A DNA stretch of 64,000 nucleotides from Eledone cirrhosa (lineage: Eukaryota), in the NCBI GenBank assembly GCA_964016885.1, contig OZ024751.1, forward strand, positions 7,688,001 to 7,752,000, read 5' to 3'. Below, in pieces: positions 52,911-64,000 of this stretch (positions within the stretch are counted from its first letter, which is position 1; every line of letters begins with the position of its first letter). Position numbers and translations under genes: made by a program. The notes below the pieces were generated by a model, which saw only the letters and a program-made list of their open reading frames with translations, searched no databases and was not told where the DNA came from.

Positions 52911-53056
52911 AACCAGTAAGACCCCGACGGCTGAGCTAGAGCCGTTTCGACGGCTAATTCTGGACTAAAATGGTTCCTATTACCCACTCTACTACCCTAA
53001 GTATTGAGTACTGTGGTGCGTTAAGGTCCACCTGGTTCCTTACCACATTTCCTTCG

Positions 53057-53058
<2 letters not shown>
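52909..53058. mobile_element. Tiny inverted pLTR insertion (second PLE family) in (AT)n
   Basis: Minus arm carries GTC GAAA CGGC-9nt-GCCG TC GGGGT; plus arm matches 56335-56420. Confidence 0.7.
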
Positions 53059-53093
<35 letters not shown>

Positions 53094-53118
53094 GAGATAA
53101 TGTATCTATCTATCTCCA

Positions 53119-53385
53119 ACAGGGGGCTCAAACATGCAGCCCGTGAAATACTTTTCTGTGGCCCGTGGTAGAACCAATATTAGCTGGTGGAATCGTTAGC
53201 ACATCTGGCGAAATGCTTAACGGTACTTCTTCCCTTTTAACGTTCTGTGTTCAAATTCCGCCGATCTCAACTTTGCCTATCATCCTGTTGGGGTCGATGT
53301 ATCGACCAGTTGTGTACTAGGATCGATGTAATCGACTGAACCCTAAACCCCAAATTTCATGCCTTGTTCCTATAGTAGAAATGAT
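53119..53385 (+). mobile_element. hAT-like terminus (53119-53170) followed by a SINE copy (53180-53385)
   Basis: CAGGGGGCTCAAACATGCAGCCCG; then AGCTGGTGGAATCGTTAGCAC...GTTCAAATTCCGCCG...GGGGTCGAT...GCCTTGTTCCTATAGTAGAA. Confidence 0.7.
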
Positions 53386-53783
53386 TATAACTGGTGAAAA
53401 TCATCACCAACCACAACACTTGGCTCACTTTTCCTCTCCTCCAGGACGTAATGGCCCTTTTGTGTCCTTAAGTTTGAGACCACTCTTATACACACACACA
53501 CACACACATATATATACTTTACTTTTTTCTGTCTCTGGACTACGCCCCTGCTGGAGCACCACCTTGGTAAGTTATGGAGACGTCAACAAACCAACAGGCA
53601 TTGGTAGGAGGGTAAACAAATCAGAGACACACACATATATATATACATATATACGACGAGTTTTTATTTTCAGTCTATCAAATCCTCTCACAGGATTTTG
53701 GTCGGCCCGGGCAGTGAGACAGAACCTGGAAATATGTGGTTCGGAAGCAAGCTTCTTGTCAAACTGCGCATATATATATATAC

Positions 53784-55069
<1,286 letters not shown>

Positions 55070-55343
55070 TGTGTGTGTGTGTGTGTGTATGTTATCAAAT
55101 TAACAATGAAAATAAAATAAAACAAAGTCAAGTTACTTTATAAATTTGTTTTTATTTTGTTGTTTTTTATTTTTTATTTAATACCTAATATCTAACTCTG
55201 TATCTAAAGTATTAATTCAGCGAAACACAGAACATCTCTATGGATTTTAGACGATTACATTGAGTTCTATCTACGGTATGGACCCTACCACCAGAGTGCA
55301 AAAAGAAAAAAATATATATGTGTGTGTGTGTATAATATATATT

Positions 55344-55374
<31 letters not shown>

Positions 55375-55390
55375 ATTTATATATATATAT

Positions 55391-55996
55391 ATATTAATTC
55401 AACATTTTAACAAAAATAGACATTTGTGTGATTAAGTATATTTTATTATACATATTTCAGAGGTACTGAACTATCTTGAACAAACGTCCTCATCAGATAA
55501 AATAAGATGACGCATGACATACCTTGACATAGTAGAAGGTTAAGATTTAATCATGGTAGTGAATATGATATGACAAGAGTCAATATTTATAATCCTGAAG
55601 ATTGAGACATGAACAAACTTACATATAATACAGAGTGTGCGTGTGACAAAGCTAAAAAATACGTAATAGCAATTTAGATATTCAAATAATTTCAATTATT
55701 GAAGAAATAAGAAAGAAAAAAGAAAGAGAGAGAGAAACATATAAGGAAAAAATATAGTATTATATGTAGCTTTTTTCATGTCTCAATTTTAAGGTATATA
55801 AATATCGAGTCTTGTCATATCATATTCACTACCATGACTGAATCTTAACCATCTACCATGTAAGGGTATCTCATGCATCATCTTATTTTATCTGATGAGA
55901 ACGTACTGTTCAAGATAGCTCAGTACCTCTATATGTATAATAAAATATACTTGATCACACGAATGTCTATTTTTTTTTATATTTTGAATTAATATT
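55391..55996. mobile_element. Inverted ~225-bp pLTR-like arms (55391-55618 / 55771-55996), related to the 28441-28610 family
   Basis: Reverse-complement arms; both carry the TTTTATCTGATGAG motif seen at 28505. Confidence 0.85.
55439..55504 (-). ncRNA. Type I hammerhead ribozyme with intact core and long loop 2
   Basis: Minus: TATTTTAT CTGATGA GGA...TCT GAAA T-ATGT-A TA ATAAAATA; the plus-arm copy (55884-55946) has lost GAA. Confidence 0.7.
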
Positions 55997-56214
55997 AATA
56001 ACTCAGAAAAACCAATACTCTTGAGTGCTTCCAATCTATTGTAAAACTCATTCTTTGATTTATTCATTGAACCTTGTTTAATCTTTAAATATATAAATGT
56101 ATATATTTGTTAAAATAACACATTTTGATATATATTTATCCTTGTGAAGCCCTATTTGGATTTTAGTCTTCAAATGTATTATTATTACTATATTTATATA
56201 TATATATATATAAA

Positions 56215-56418
56215 GTTTGATCCCGAGGGCAGAGGTCAATCCGTTTTGACGGCTAATTCTGGACTAAAGTAAGGGTTTTTTGCGACTAAAATAGCTGGCG
56301 AAACGGCTTCAGCTCTGCCGTCGGGGTCATACATTCTCATATTACCCACGTTACTACCCTAGGTATTGAGTACTCTGGTGCGTTATGGTCCATCTGGTTC
56401 CTTACCACAACTCCTCCG

Positions 56419-56420
<2 letters not shown>
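56215..56420. mobile_element. Tiny inverted pLTR insertion (second PLE family) in (AT)n
   Basis: Hammerhead 3' half on both strands (56220-56270 minus; 56299-56328 plus), then a pLTR 3' end matching 52978-53058. Confidence 0.7.
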
Positions 56421-56507
<87 letters not shown>

Positions 56508-56549
56508 TATATATATGTATGTATACGTACATACACATATGTATACATA

Positions 56550-56581
56550 CGTACAGTAGTATGTATATACATACATACATG

Positions 56582-56616
<35 letters not shown>

Positions 56617-57155
56617 GTACGTATGGGATTACCGAACATTTATTATAATGCTCGGTTTGTTTGTAAACAAACAGGCCGAATTATTAGTCGTACAGTGTTC
56701 GGCAATCATCGTTCCCATTTTGTTCAACACTGACAAAGGTGCGATGAACTAGTTTCTAGCTTATTAGCTGTGATCAGCACCGTATACCGACCTGTCAATT
56801 GATTGAACGTTTGAAAATATATACATTCCTTATGCATATTAACGCTGAGCAGCCTAATTTGCATATCGAGTGAGTTAGTCGGCCGTGCGTACCGAAAACG
56901 ATAAATGGAAAAACATGAGATTTCATTTCTCACTCTTAGTACGGCTGATACTTAAATATAAGTATCTATACGTACATACATATATTTATACAGACGTACA
57001 GTAGTATGTATATACATACATGCACACACATATATGTACGTATAGGTTTACCGAACATTTATTATAATGCTCGGTGTGTTTGTAAACAAACTGCCCGAAT
57101 TATTAGCCGTACAGTTTTCGACAACCATCGTTGCTATTTTATTCAACACTGACAG
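56550..57155. repeat. Direct duplication of a ~170-bp segment (56550-56734, 56995-57154)
   Basis: CGTACAGTAGTATG...TTACCGAACATTTATTATAATGCTCGG...TTCAACACTGACA occurs twice. Confidence 0.8.
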
Positions 57156-58896
57156 CTAAGAGACGTACAAATTTGACTTATAAAACTTACCAAACTACAA
57201 GGGCTTCAAGCGCCTCTCAAGCTCCAAAACGCCTCCTCCCCCCTGGAGCTCCGAAACGCCTCCCGGAGAACCTTTGATTTAAAGTATGCTATAATTACTC
57301 CTCGTTCATATTCCATATTTTATTTTCATAAGTCTTTTTATTTAACATCATTGAATGAAATGTCAAATCAATGGTTTCTGATTTAGGAAGAAGACCAGCT
57401 ATTTTGGAGGAAGGGAAAGTTAATAAAATCGACCGCAATGCGTTACTGATACTATAATTTATAGACCTCGAAAGTTCGAAAGGCAAATTTGACCTCGACG
57501 GTATTTGAACCCTTTCGAATCTGCCAATTCACCGATGATATATTCGCATAGGTACTATGTCTCATCCATATTGAACATGTTTCAGCTTCAACGAAATATC
57601 ACAGTCCAATCATTACGAAACAAGCACAGCTTCCAAATATATAATGCATTTGGTTGTCAATCTATAAATAATTCACATACACTAAATATATATATATGAT
57701 ATGCATGATACGTTGCCCGTTGCGCCCTTACAAATGATCTCCTTCATAGCCGTTATAGAAACAGGAGAGAGGATAACTATGAATAGAATCATCCCTTTTT
57801 GTAAGAAGATCAGGCATTATATGTCACGCTGATATATATAATTGTCTTAATACATATTTGAAATACCCAACACAGTTGCATAACTTTACTTCAAAGAGAT
57901 ATACTAGTCTTTAAAATGTGGATGTTAAAATCCCGGAAGACCAGTTAACATACGCAAAATGTTGGTCAAATTCTTCGATTACACACTTAACCCGAAAGAA
58001 TAATCTTCTTGAAAAAGGATAATCGGAGGTATTGGTTATAAATTAGATATGTATCTATAAACTGATTCCCAAATATTATGGATTCATCAATACACTACTG
58101 TATCCGAATCTTCATATATTTGTTTAAATTTAAGCGTGTTAGTTATTGACGTATGTATACAAATCTTCGTATAATGATATACATTATAAGAATTCTTTTA
58201 GCAGATTGCATCTGAGAGTGCTGATTTAAAATGATTTGAATTTTATAACCTTTGATATTAAGATACAACATAATCTATTTGAAATATTTGCTATTCTCAA
58301 AGGAAAAAAATATATTGATATATTGTCAGTAATGTTGGCAGTATACCAAATCAAAACCACTCTACATTATTGAATAAATTACCCAATATTTGAATATATT
58401 CTGATTATGAATTTAAGGTAGAAGTAATATAATTTCTCAGTAATAAAAATAGAATTTTAGTGAGACCCCTTTGATACTTTTATTAACACTTTAATTCAGA
58501 ACTATACTTATTTGTTTCTGCTTATCAAGATTTGTTTTTTATGTTGCGTTCAAATCTGACTGTATATTAGAAACAATGCATTATAACCAACATGTCTAAA
58601 TATATAGATTTCTCATTATTTGAAGTGAATAAAATTCCGCATGTTCAATTTAAATCCACTACCACATACATGTTCAAAATATAAACCAAATTAAAATGAA
58701 AGCTTTTTACAAATGTAACGGAATATGTAAATTATGTGCTTCCATATTTCAAAAGTTCAGGAAGTAGAGAATATTTCTTTATGAATATTGATAATGCAAT
58801 TTTTATTTTCTTAAAATGGAAAGATCTGTTTTCATGGGAAAAGTCTTTTTTTGTCAGTGATTTGGTGTTTTAATTTCATGTTATGTCAGGAGAAAA

Positions 58897-58899
58897 AGC

Positions 58900-58953
<54 letters not shown>

Positions 58954-58956
58954 GCT
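58897..58956. repeat. Perfect 60-bp palindrome AGCGCC(AT)24GGCGCT
   Basis: Directly visible. Confidence 0.9.
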
Positions 58957-59155
58957 GTGTGTGAGTGTGTGTGTGTGAGAAAAACCACAGACCCTCCATC
59001 TCAACTCTACTTTTGAAAAGCAGAAGAACTGCGAAACGGGTAAAAATTTAAAACTAAAACTGAATACTAACCAATACTTATTGCTAATTTATACTTATTC
59101 TTAATTAAACTATTTTTCACTGGGAAAAATTTGTCAGCTTTTCCTTTTCCTTTTA

Positions 59156-59242
<87 letters not shown>

Positions 59243-59869
59243 CGTTCTGAATTTGTTTAGCAAGATTCTTCATCTGCAAACGTGTGTTGAAACCGATATT
59301 GTTATGCTTTGGGAGGGTCATATTGCCAATAAGAAACACATGCACCAGTAGCTTCACACCAACTTATTATAAATTAAATTTATAAATTTAAGAATTTATA
59401 AATTTCCGGTTGGTTGGTTCCATAACCGGACGGTTGTTCATATATTGTCAAAGTTATTTCGTCACACATTCTATGACCTCTACAGTGACTGGGGATTATA
59501 TTCATTGTTCTTGTGCCTCTCCGTTCTTCTGTCCTACACCATCTGGTTTGTGTGTGTGTTGTGTGCTTAGTTTGCGCATGTGTTACGTCCGAGTATCCTG
59601 TGTGTATTTATATTTATTTATTTGTTTATTTACATGTTACTGGTTGGCTGTTTGTTCTATGTGTGTGTGTGTTTTCATTGTGTCCTTAATTGTAAATTGT
59701 GATGTTGCTATTCCATTCATGTTTTCTATTTAATTTTGGTTGGAGTTCATTTATATTTATTGCCTCTGTGATTTGTCTAAACATTGCGTCTTTTCTGTGT
59801 GTAGATTCTATTTTTATTTTTATGTTCTATTTTAGCATGTTGGTTGAGTATTGATGATTATTTTTTTAT

Positions 59870-60480
59870 CTTGGAGTTCTCGCCAGTGTTCATTTAACCG
59901 TTCTCCTATACTACGAACTGTCTCACCTATGTACACAATATTCTTATCTTTACATAGTCCTTCAGTACATCTTATGCTATATACTACATTTCTAGTTTTA
60001 CAGTTAATATGAGGACTTAGTTTACCGATTATGCATTTCTTATCTATACAAGGAAAGGGTTTGAAAAGGGTATGTATTGCTAATAAGTGTTTTTATGGAG
60101 GTACCTGGTATTTCTACTATCTTAATATTAATTTATGTTTATCTTGGGCTCTTCTACCTTTGTAAGCTAATTCACCTCTAGTGGTTGTATTGATGAACAT
60201 TGCACTCTGGTATTTATTGCTATCATACCATGAGTTTATTCTATTAACCCCATTCCTAGTTCTTTCTATTCTATTCCAAAATTTACTCCTATACAAGAGG
60301 CAGGTCCCATTTGTATCATTATGTAACATTGTTTCCCATTTGGTTCTGGCTCCTCTATATACTCTGATTTTATCTTTCTGATTGTAAGCAGAAAACTGCA
60401 TGAGGTGGATTAAGTGTTGTATGTGTCTCTCTAGTACTTTGGGGTTGCACATGCGGGACACGTTTCTCAACACCCGTAAC
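59870..60480 (-). pseudogene. Remnant of a different PLE clade (late RT region + GIY-YIG endonuclease)
   Basis: Minus: DPFPC..KKC...NCKTRNVVYSIRC...C...IVYIGETVRSIGERLNEH; upstream LYRSKFW...SWY...SAMFI..T.RGELA. Confidence 0.75.
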
Positions 60481-60780
60481 TAATCCGCAATCAGTATACA
60501 ATCAGACACATACACACACACATGTATGTGTCTGTGTCTTTGATGGCTGATGGAAAGGAGTACTCAATGCCGAATAGAATTTTAATATTCATGCTTTTAG
60601 GGTTTGTGAGAAAAGATCTTCTTGACTGATGACCATATGCTGAACAGGCCAACATACAGGGTAAAATGACTCATTGCTTAACCTCAATAAAATGTATATG
60701 TACCTATATGCACTAAGAGAGAGGGGGATCAACTTGCCAAGGATTATTCGATAGTCTTCTTCTTCTTCTTCTTCTTCTTC

Positions 60781-60833
<53 letters not shown>

Positions 60834-60837
60834 GTTA

Positions 60838-63800
60838 TTCCTTGAATCTCAGTCATTGATGTTGGTTAACTGGAAAGTCCGTTGGATTGAATATCAAGCC
60901 ACTACCTGCAGCCTCAGATATTCAGGACGTATCGGAGGGTTCTTGCTGTTCCAAGCAAGCATGCCTTTTGAAGCGTTCCAAAAAGCGTGAAGGGGCCGAT
61001 TTTCTTTAACCATCCCTGGAAACTTTTGGAGATAGTCCCCAGTGCGCCTATGACAATCGGGATCACTTTGACTTCATGGCAGTTCCAAATCCTTTTCACC
61101 TCCCACTTTAGGTCCTGGTATCGGTTAATTTTCTCCCTCTCCTTCTCTTGCACTCTCGTGTCGAACGGGCAGGCCACATCCACAATCAGGCACGATCTTT
61201 TTTCTTTGTCCACAACCACCAGGTCAGGTCTATTGTGTTCCAGTTTTTTGTCCGTCTGTATCCTAAAATCCCACAGCACCTTCACCTGATTGTTCTCCAT
61301 CACCGCCTCTGGCCTATGCTCATACCATTTCTCAGAATGTGGTAAATTGTTTACTTTGCACAGGTGCCAGTGGATCACCCTGCCCATCACATCGTGTCTC
61401 CAGCCCTTATAGTGGGTCTGGGCTAGGTGTTTACACTCGGACACAATGTGAACCACAGTCTCCTCTCTCTCTCCACAGATCCTGCACAGTGGGCTAGCCT
61501 CCTCCTTATAGATATTGTGCTTCAACCACTTCGTTTTGAGGGCCTGCTCCTGCGCAGCCATTAGCATTCTTTCTGTAGCCTTTTTGAGGTCTCCTCTTCT
61601 CAACCAGTTCCATGTCTGTGGATCTCTAAATTCAGTTTTCTCAAACAAGGTACTATGAAGGGATTTTCCACTTAAGGCTGCTCTTCCTCCTTGATGTTAT
61701 TTCCTCCTTGGACATGCCCTGGCCTACTGTCCCCTCCTTCAGTACAGTTCTGAGCATTGGCTCCTTACTATAGGTCACGTATTTGTATAGGTTGTTTTTC
61801 TCCATCTGAACACAGTCCTCTATGCTGATAAGACCTCTTCCACCCTCAGATCTCCTTAGGTAGAATCTATCGACATCACTCCTCTTGTGGAACATGTTGT
61901 AGATAGTCAATAGCTTCCTAGTCTTCCTATCCATTTCTTTTTGTTCAGCAACATTCCATCTCAGAATTCCCGCACTGTACCTAATAATAGACACAGCTCG
62001 GGAATTTACTGCGCTTATGGCATTTCTGCTGTTCAGATGTGACTTCAATACGCTCCTTACTCTCCGAATGTATTCAGTTCTTAACAATTCCTTCATTTTT
62101 TTGTTCTTTATGCCATCAGCCTCCAGAACGCCCAAATACTTGTATCCTTCCTCAGAGTCAATTTCCTTTATCATCTCACCTGTTGGTATCTGGATCCCGT
62201 TACTTCTGCTCAACCTACCCCTCTTCATCACAATGACTCCACATTTACCAATACCAAACTGCATACATATATCACTGCTGAAAATACGGACAGTGTCAAC
62301 AAGCACATCCAACTCCTTCTCACTTTTCCCGAAGAGCTTAAGATCGTCCATGAAGAGGAGGTGATTGATGGTAAGTTCTCCCCTTCCCAACTTGTATCCT
62401 GCTCTCACTTTTCGCAGCATAATGGTCAAGGGCATCAGGGCAAGGACAAACAACAGAGGGGACAGGCTATCTCCCTGGAAGATACCTCTCTTGATCTTCA
62501 CGCTTTCCAATGATACTCCAGTTGATGTCAACTCTGTCTCCCAGGACCCAATACTCCTGCCTAGCAACTGTCTGATGTTATCTGCCACCCTGAAGATCTC
62601 CAGGCTTTTGGTGATCCAGGAATGAGGCACCATGTCAAATGCCTTTCTGTAGTCTATCCATCCCATGGCAAGATCAGTGTGTCTCCTCCTGCAATTCCCC
62701 ATTACCATCTTATCAATAAGTAACTGGTCCTTTGTACCACGTGACTTCTTTCGGCATCCTTTCTGTTCGTCCGGTAACAAGTTGTTTGTGTGGAGGTGAT
62801 GGTAGATTTCCTCAGACACAATGCTCGTCAACAGTTTCCACATTACGGACAGACATGTGATAGGTCTATAGTTGGTAACATCATTACCCTTGATTCGGTC
62901 TTTCATTATCAGAACTGTGGTACCTTTTGTCAACCACTCTGGCACCTCACCCGACACCAAGCAGTCATTGATCATGGCCGTCAGCTTCGGGTGGAGGGAT
63001 GTTAAATGTTTAATCCAATACCCCTGCACACCATCTGGGCCTGGTGATTTCCAGTTGGTTAGTTTTTTGGCCTGCCCCTTAAGAGTTTCAACTGTGATAC
63101 TCAAATCAGTTTGTTGTTGTGCTTGCTCACCGATCTCCCTTTGTACTGTCTCAATCCACCCTGCCTGGGCATTGTGTCTAACATCCTGCTCCCATATTCC
63201 TCTCCAGAATGTTTTAGTTTGCTCCGCCCCAGGGATCAAGTCGTTGCCTCTTTCTTTCCCCTCAAGCTGTCCAAACAGCATCTTCTGGTTGTTGTCGAAC
63301 ATGCGGTTCTGTTTATACTGACTGACTCTGTTCTCGTATCGCCTGATTTTTGCACTCTTTGCTACAATGCGTTGCTTCAGTTCCTCTATGATAATATTTA
63401 GCTTTTTCCTCCTAGTTTTGTATTTTATTTCCAGCCTATTTTTAGTGCCTATGTTTTTTAGTGTCCCATTCAGTAGTGACTCAAGCTTTCCTATGTCATT
63501 TCTCATTTCCCCGATTTGCCCACTCAGTCGCTTCTTCCACCACGGCTCTGCTCTTTCTTGTCTGTTGTTTCCTCTCGCTTTTATACCAAGTAGTTTCCTC
63601 ACAGTATTTGCTGTTGCTTTGAGGATATTGTTGCACTGGTGAAGGCTCCTCGCCTCAAGGTATGGGATGACTTTGTTTACCTTAGCTGTTGTTTCTTTTA
63701 ACTTTTTCCTGTCTACAAATCTTAGGTTCATAGGTCTCCCACTATCATTGTTCAATTCATCTACCACTAAATTTAGGATGTCAACCGAATCTTGTCCTAG

Positions 63801-64000
63801 CCCGTCAGCATTCATCTCCTCAGTGGCCGTATCTCTGTTCCAGGTATTATTTATCTCAGTATTCAGATCATTGTCTGCTTCGGGTGGTTCCTCCGTTCTC
63901 AGGACCTCTTCACCTTCATTTCCCACTGGCTCGCTTGTCTGGCATACTACACCCGCCATCTCCAAGCCATTCTCTCTGCTCAGTTCCTCCAGTTCCAGCT
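60838..64000 (-). mobile_element. Near-intact R4/Dong-clade non-LTR retrotransposon (5' end beyond window), 3' end in (TAA)n
   Basis: RT (NYRPITCL, WIDYRKAFD, GIFQGDSLSPLLF, LFMDDLKL, YKYLG), CCHC and REL endonuclease; (TAA)n/(GAA)n tract at 60756-60837. Confidence 0.96.
60914..64000 (-). pseudogene. RT-REL polyprotein broken by a single 1-nt insertion at ~61670
   Basis: ORFs 61653-63965 and 60914-61648; minus strand reads CTTAAGTGGAAAATCC versus CTTAAGGGAAAATCC in the in-frame copy at ~19675. Confidence 0.9.

Overview
AT-rich, microsatellite-saturated animal genomic DNA. The SINE family suggests a cephalopod, probably octopus (inference). No host protein-coding gene could be supported; most short ORFs are microsatellite translations. 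The window is dominated by retroelements sitting in simple repeats. (1) Penelope-like elements (PLEs): one near-complete copy at 35326-39074 (RT plus C-terminal GIY-YIG, two pseudo-LTRs) and many small fold-back pLTR insertions in (AT)n. (2) R4/Dong-clade non-LTR elements with a restriction-like endonuclease in (TAA)n, including a near-intact copy at 60838-64000. (3) A CRE-clade element fused to a Dong 5' half. (4) An internally deleted L1/Tx1 element in (TTA)n. There are also RTE remnants, tRNA-derived SINEs, a non-autonomous Helitron, MITEs, a 3.7 kb minisatellite with a fixed core and variable (CAA)n spacer, and a 394-bp spacerless palindrome. The most notable signal is a dense set of type I hammerhead-ribozyme-like motifs from several families, including U3-A8 core variants and extended stem II forms. 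A fold-back insertion architecture also recurs, and its junctions sometimes fall at the ribozyme stem III palindrome. All RNA structures were folded by eye; none is tested.
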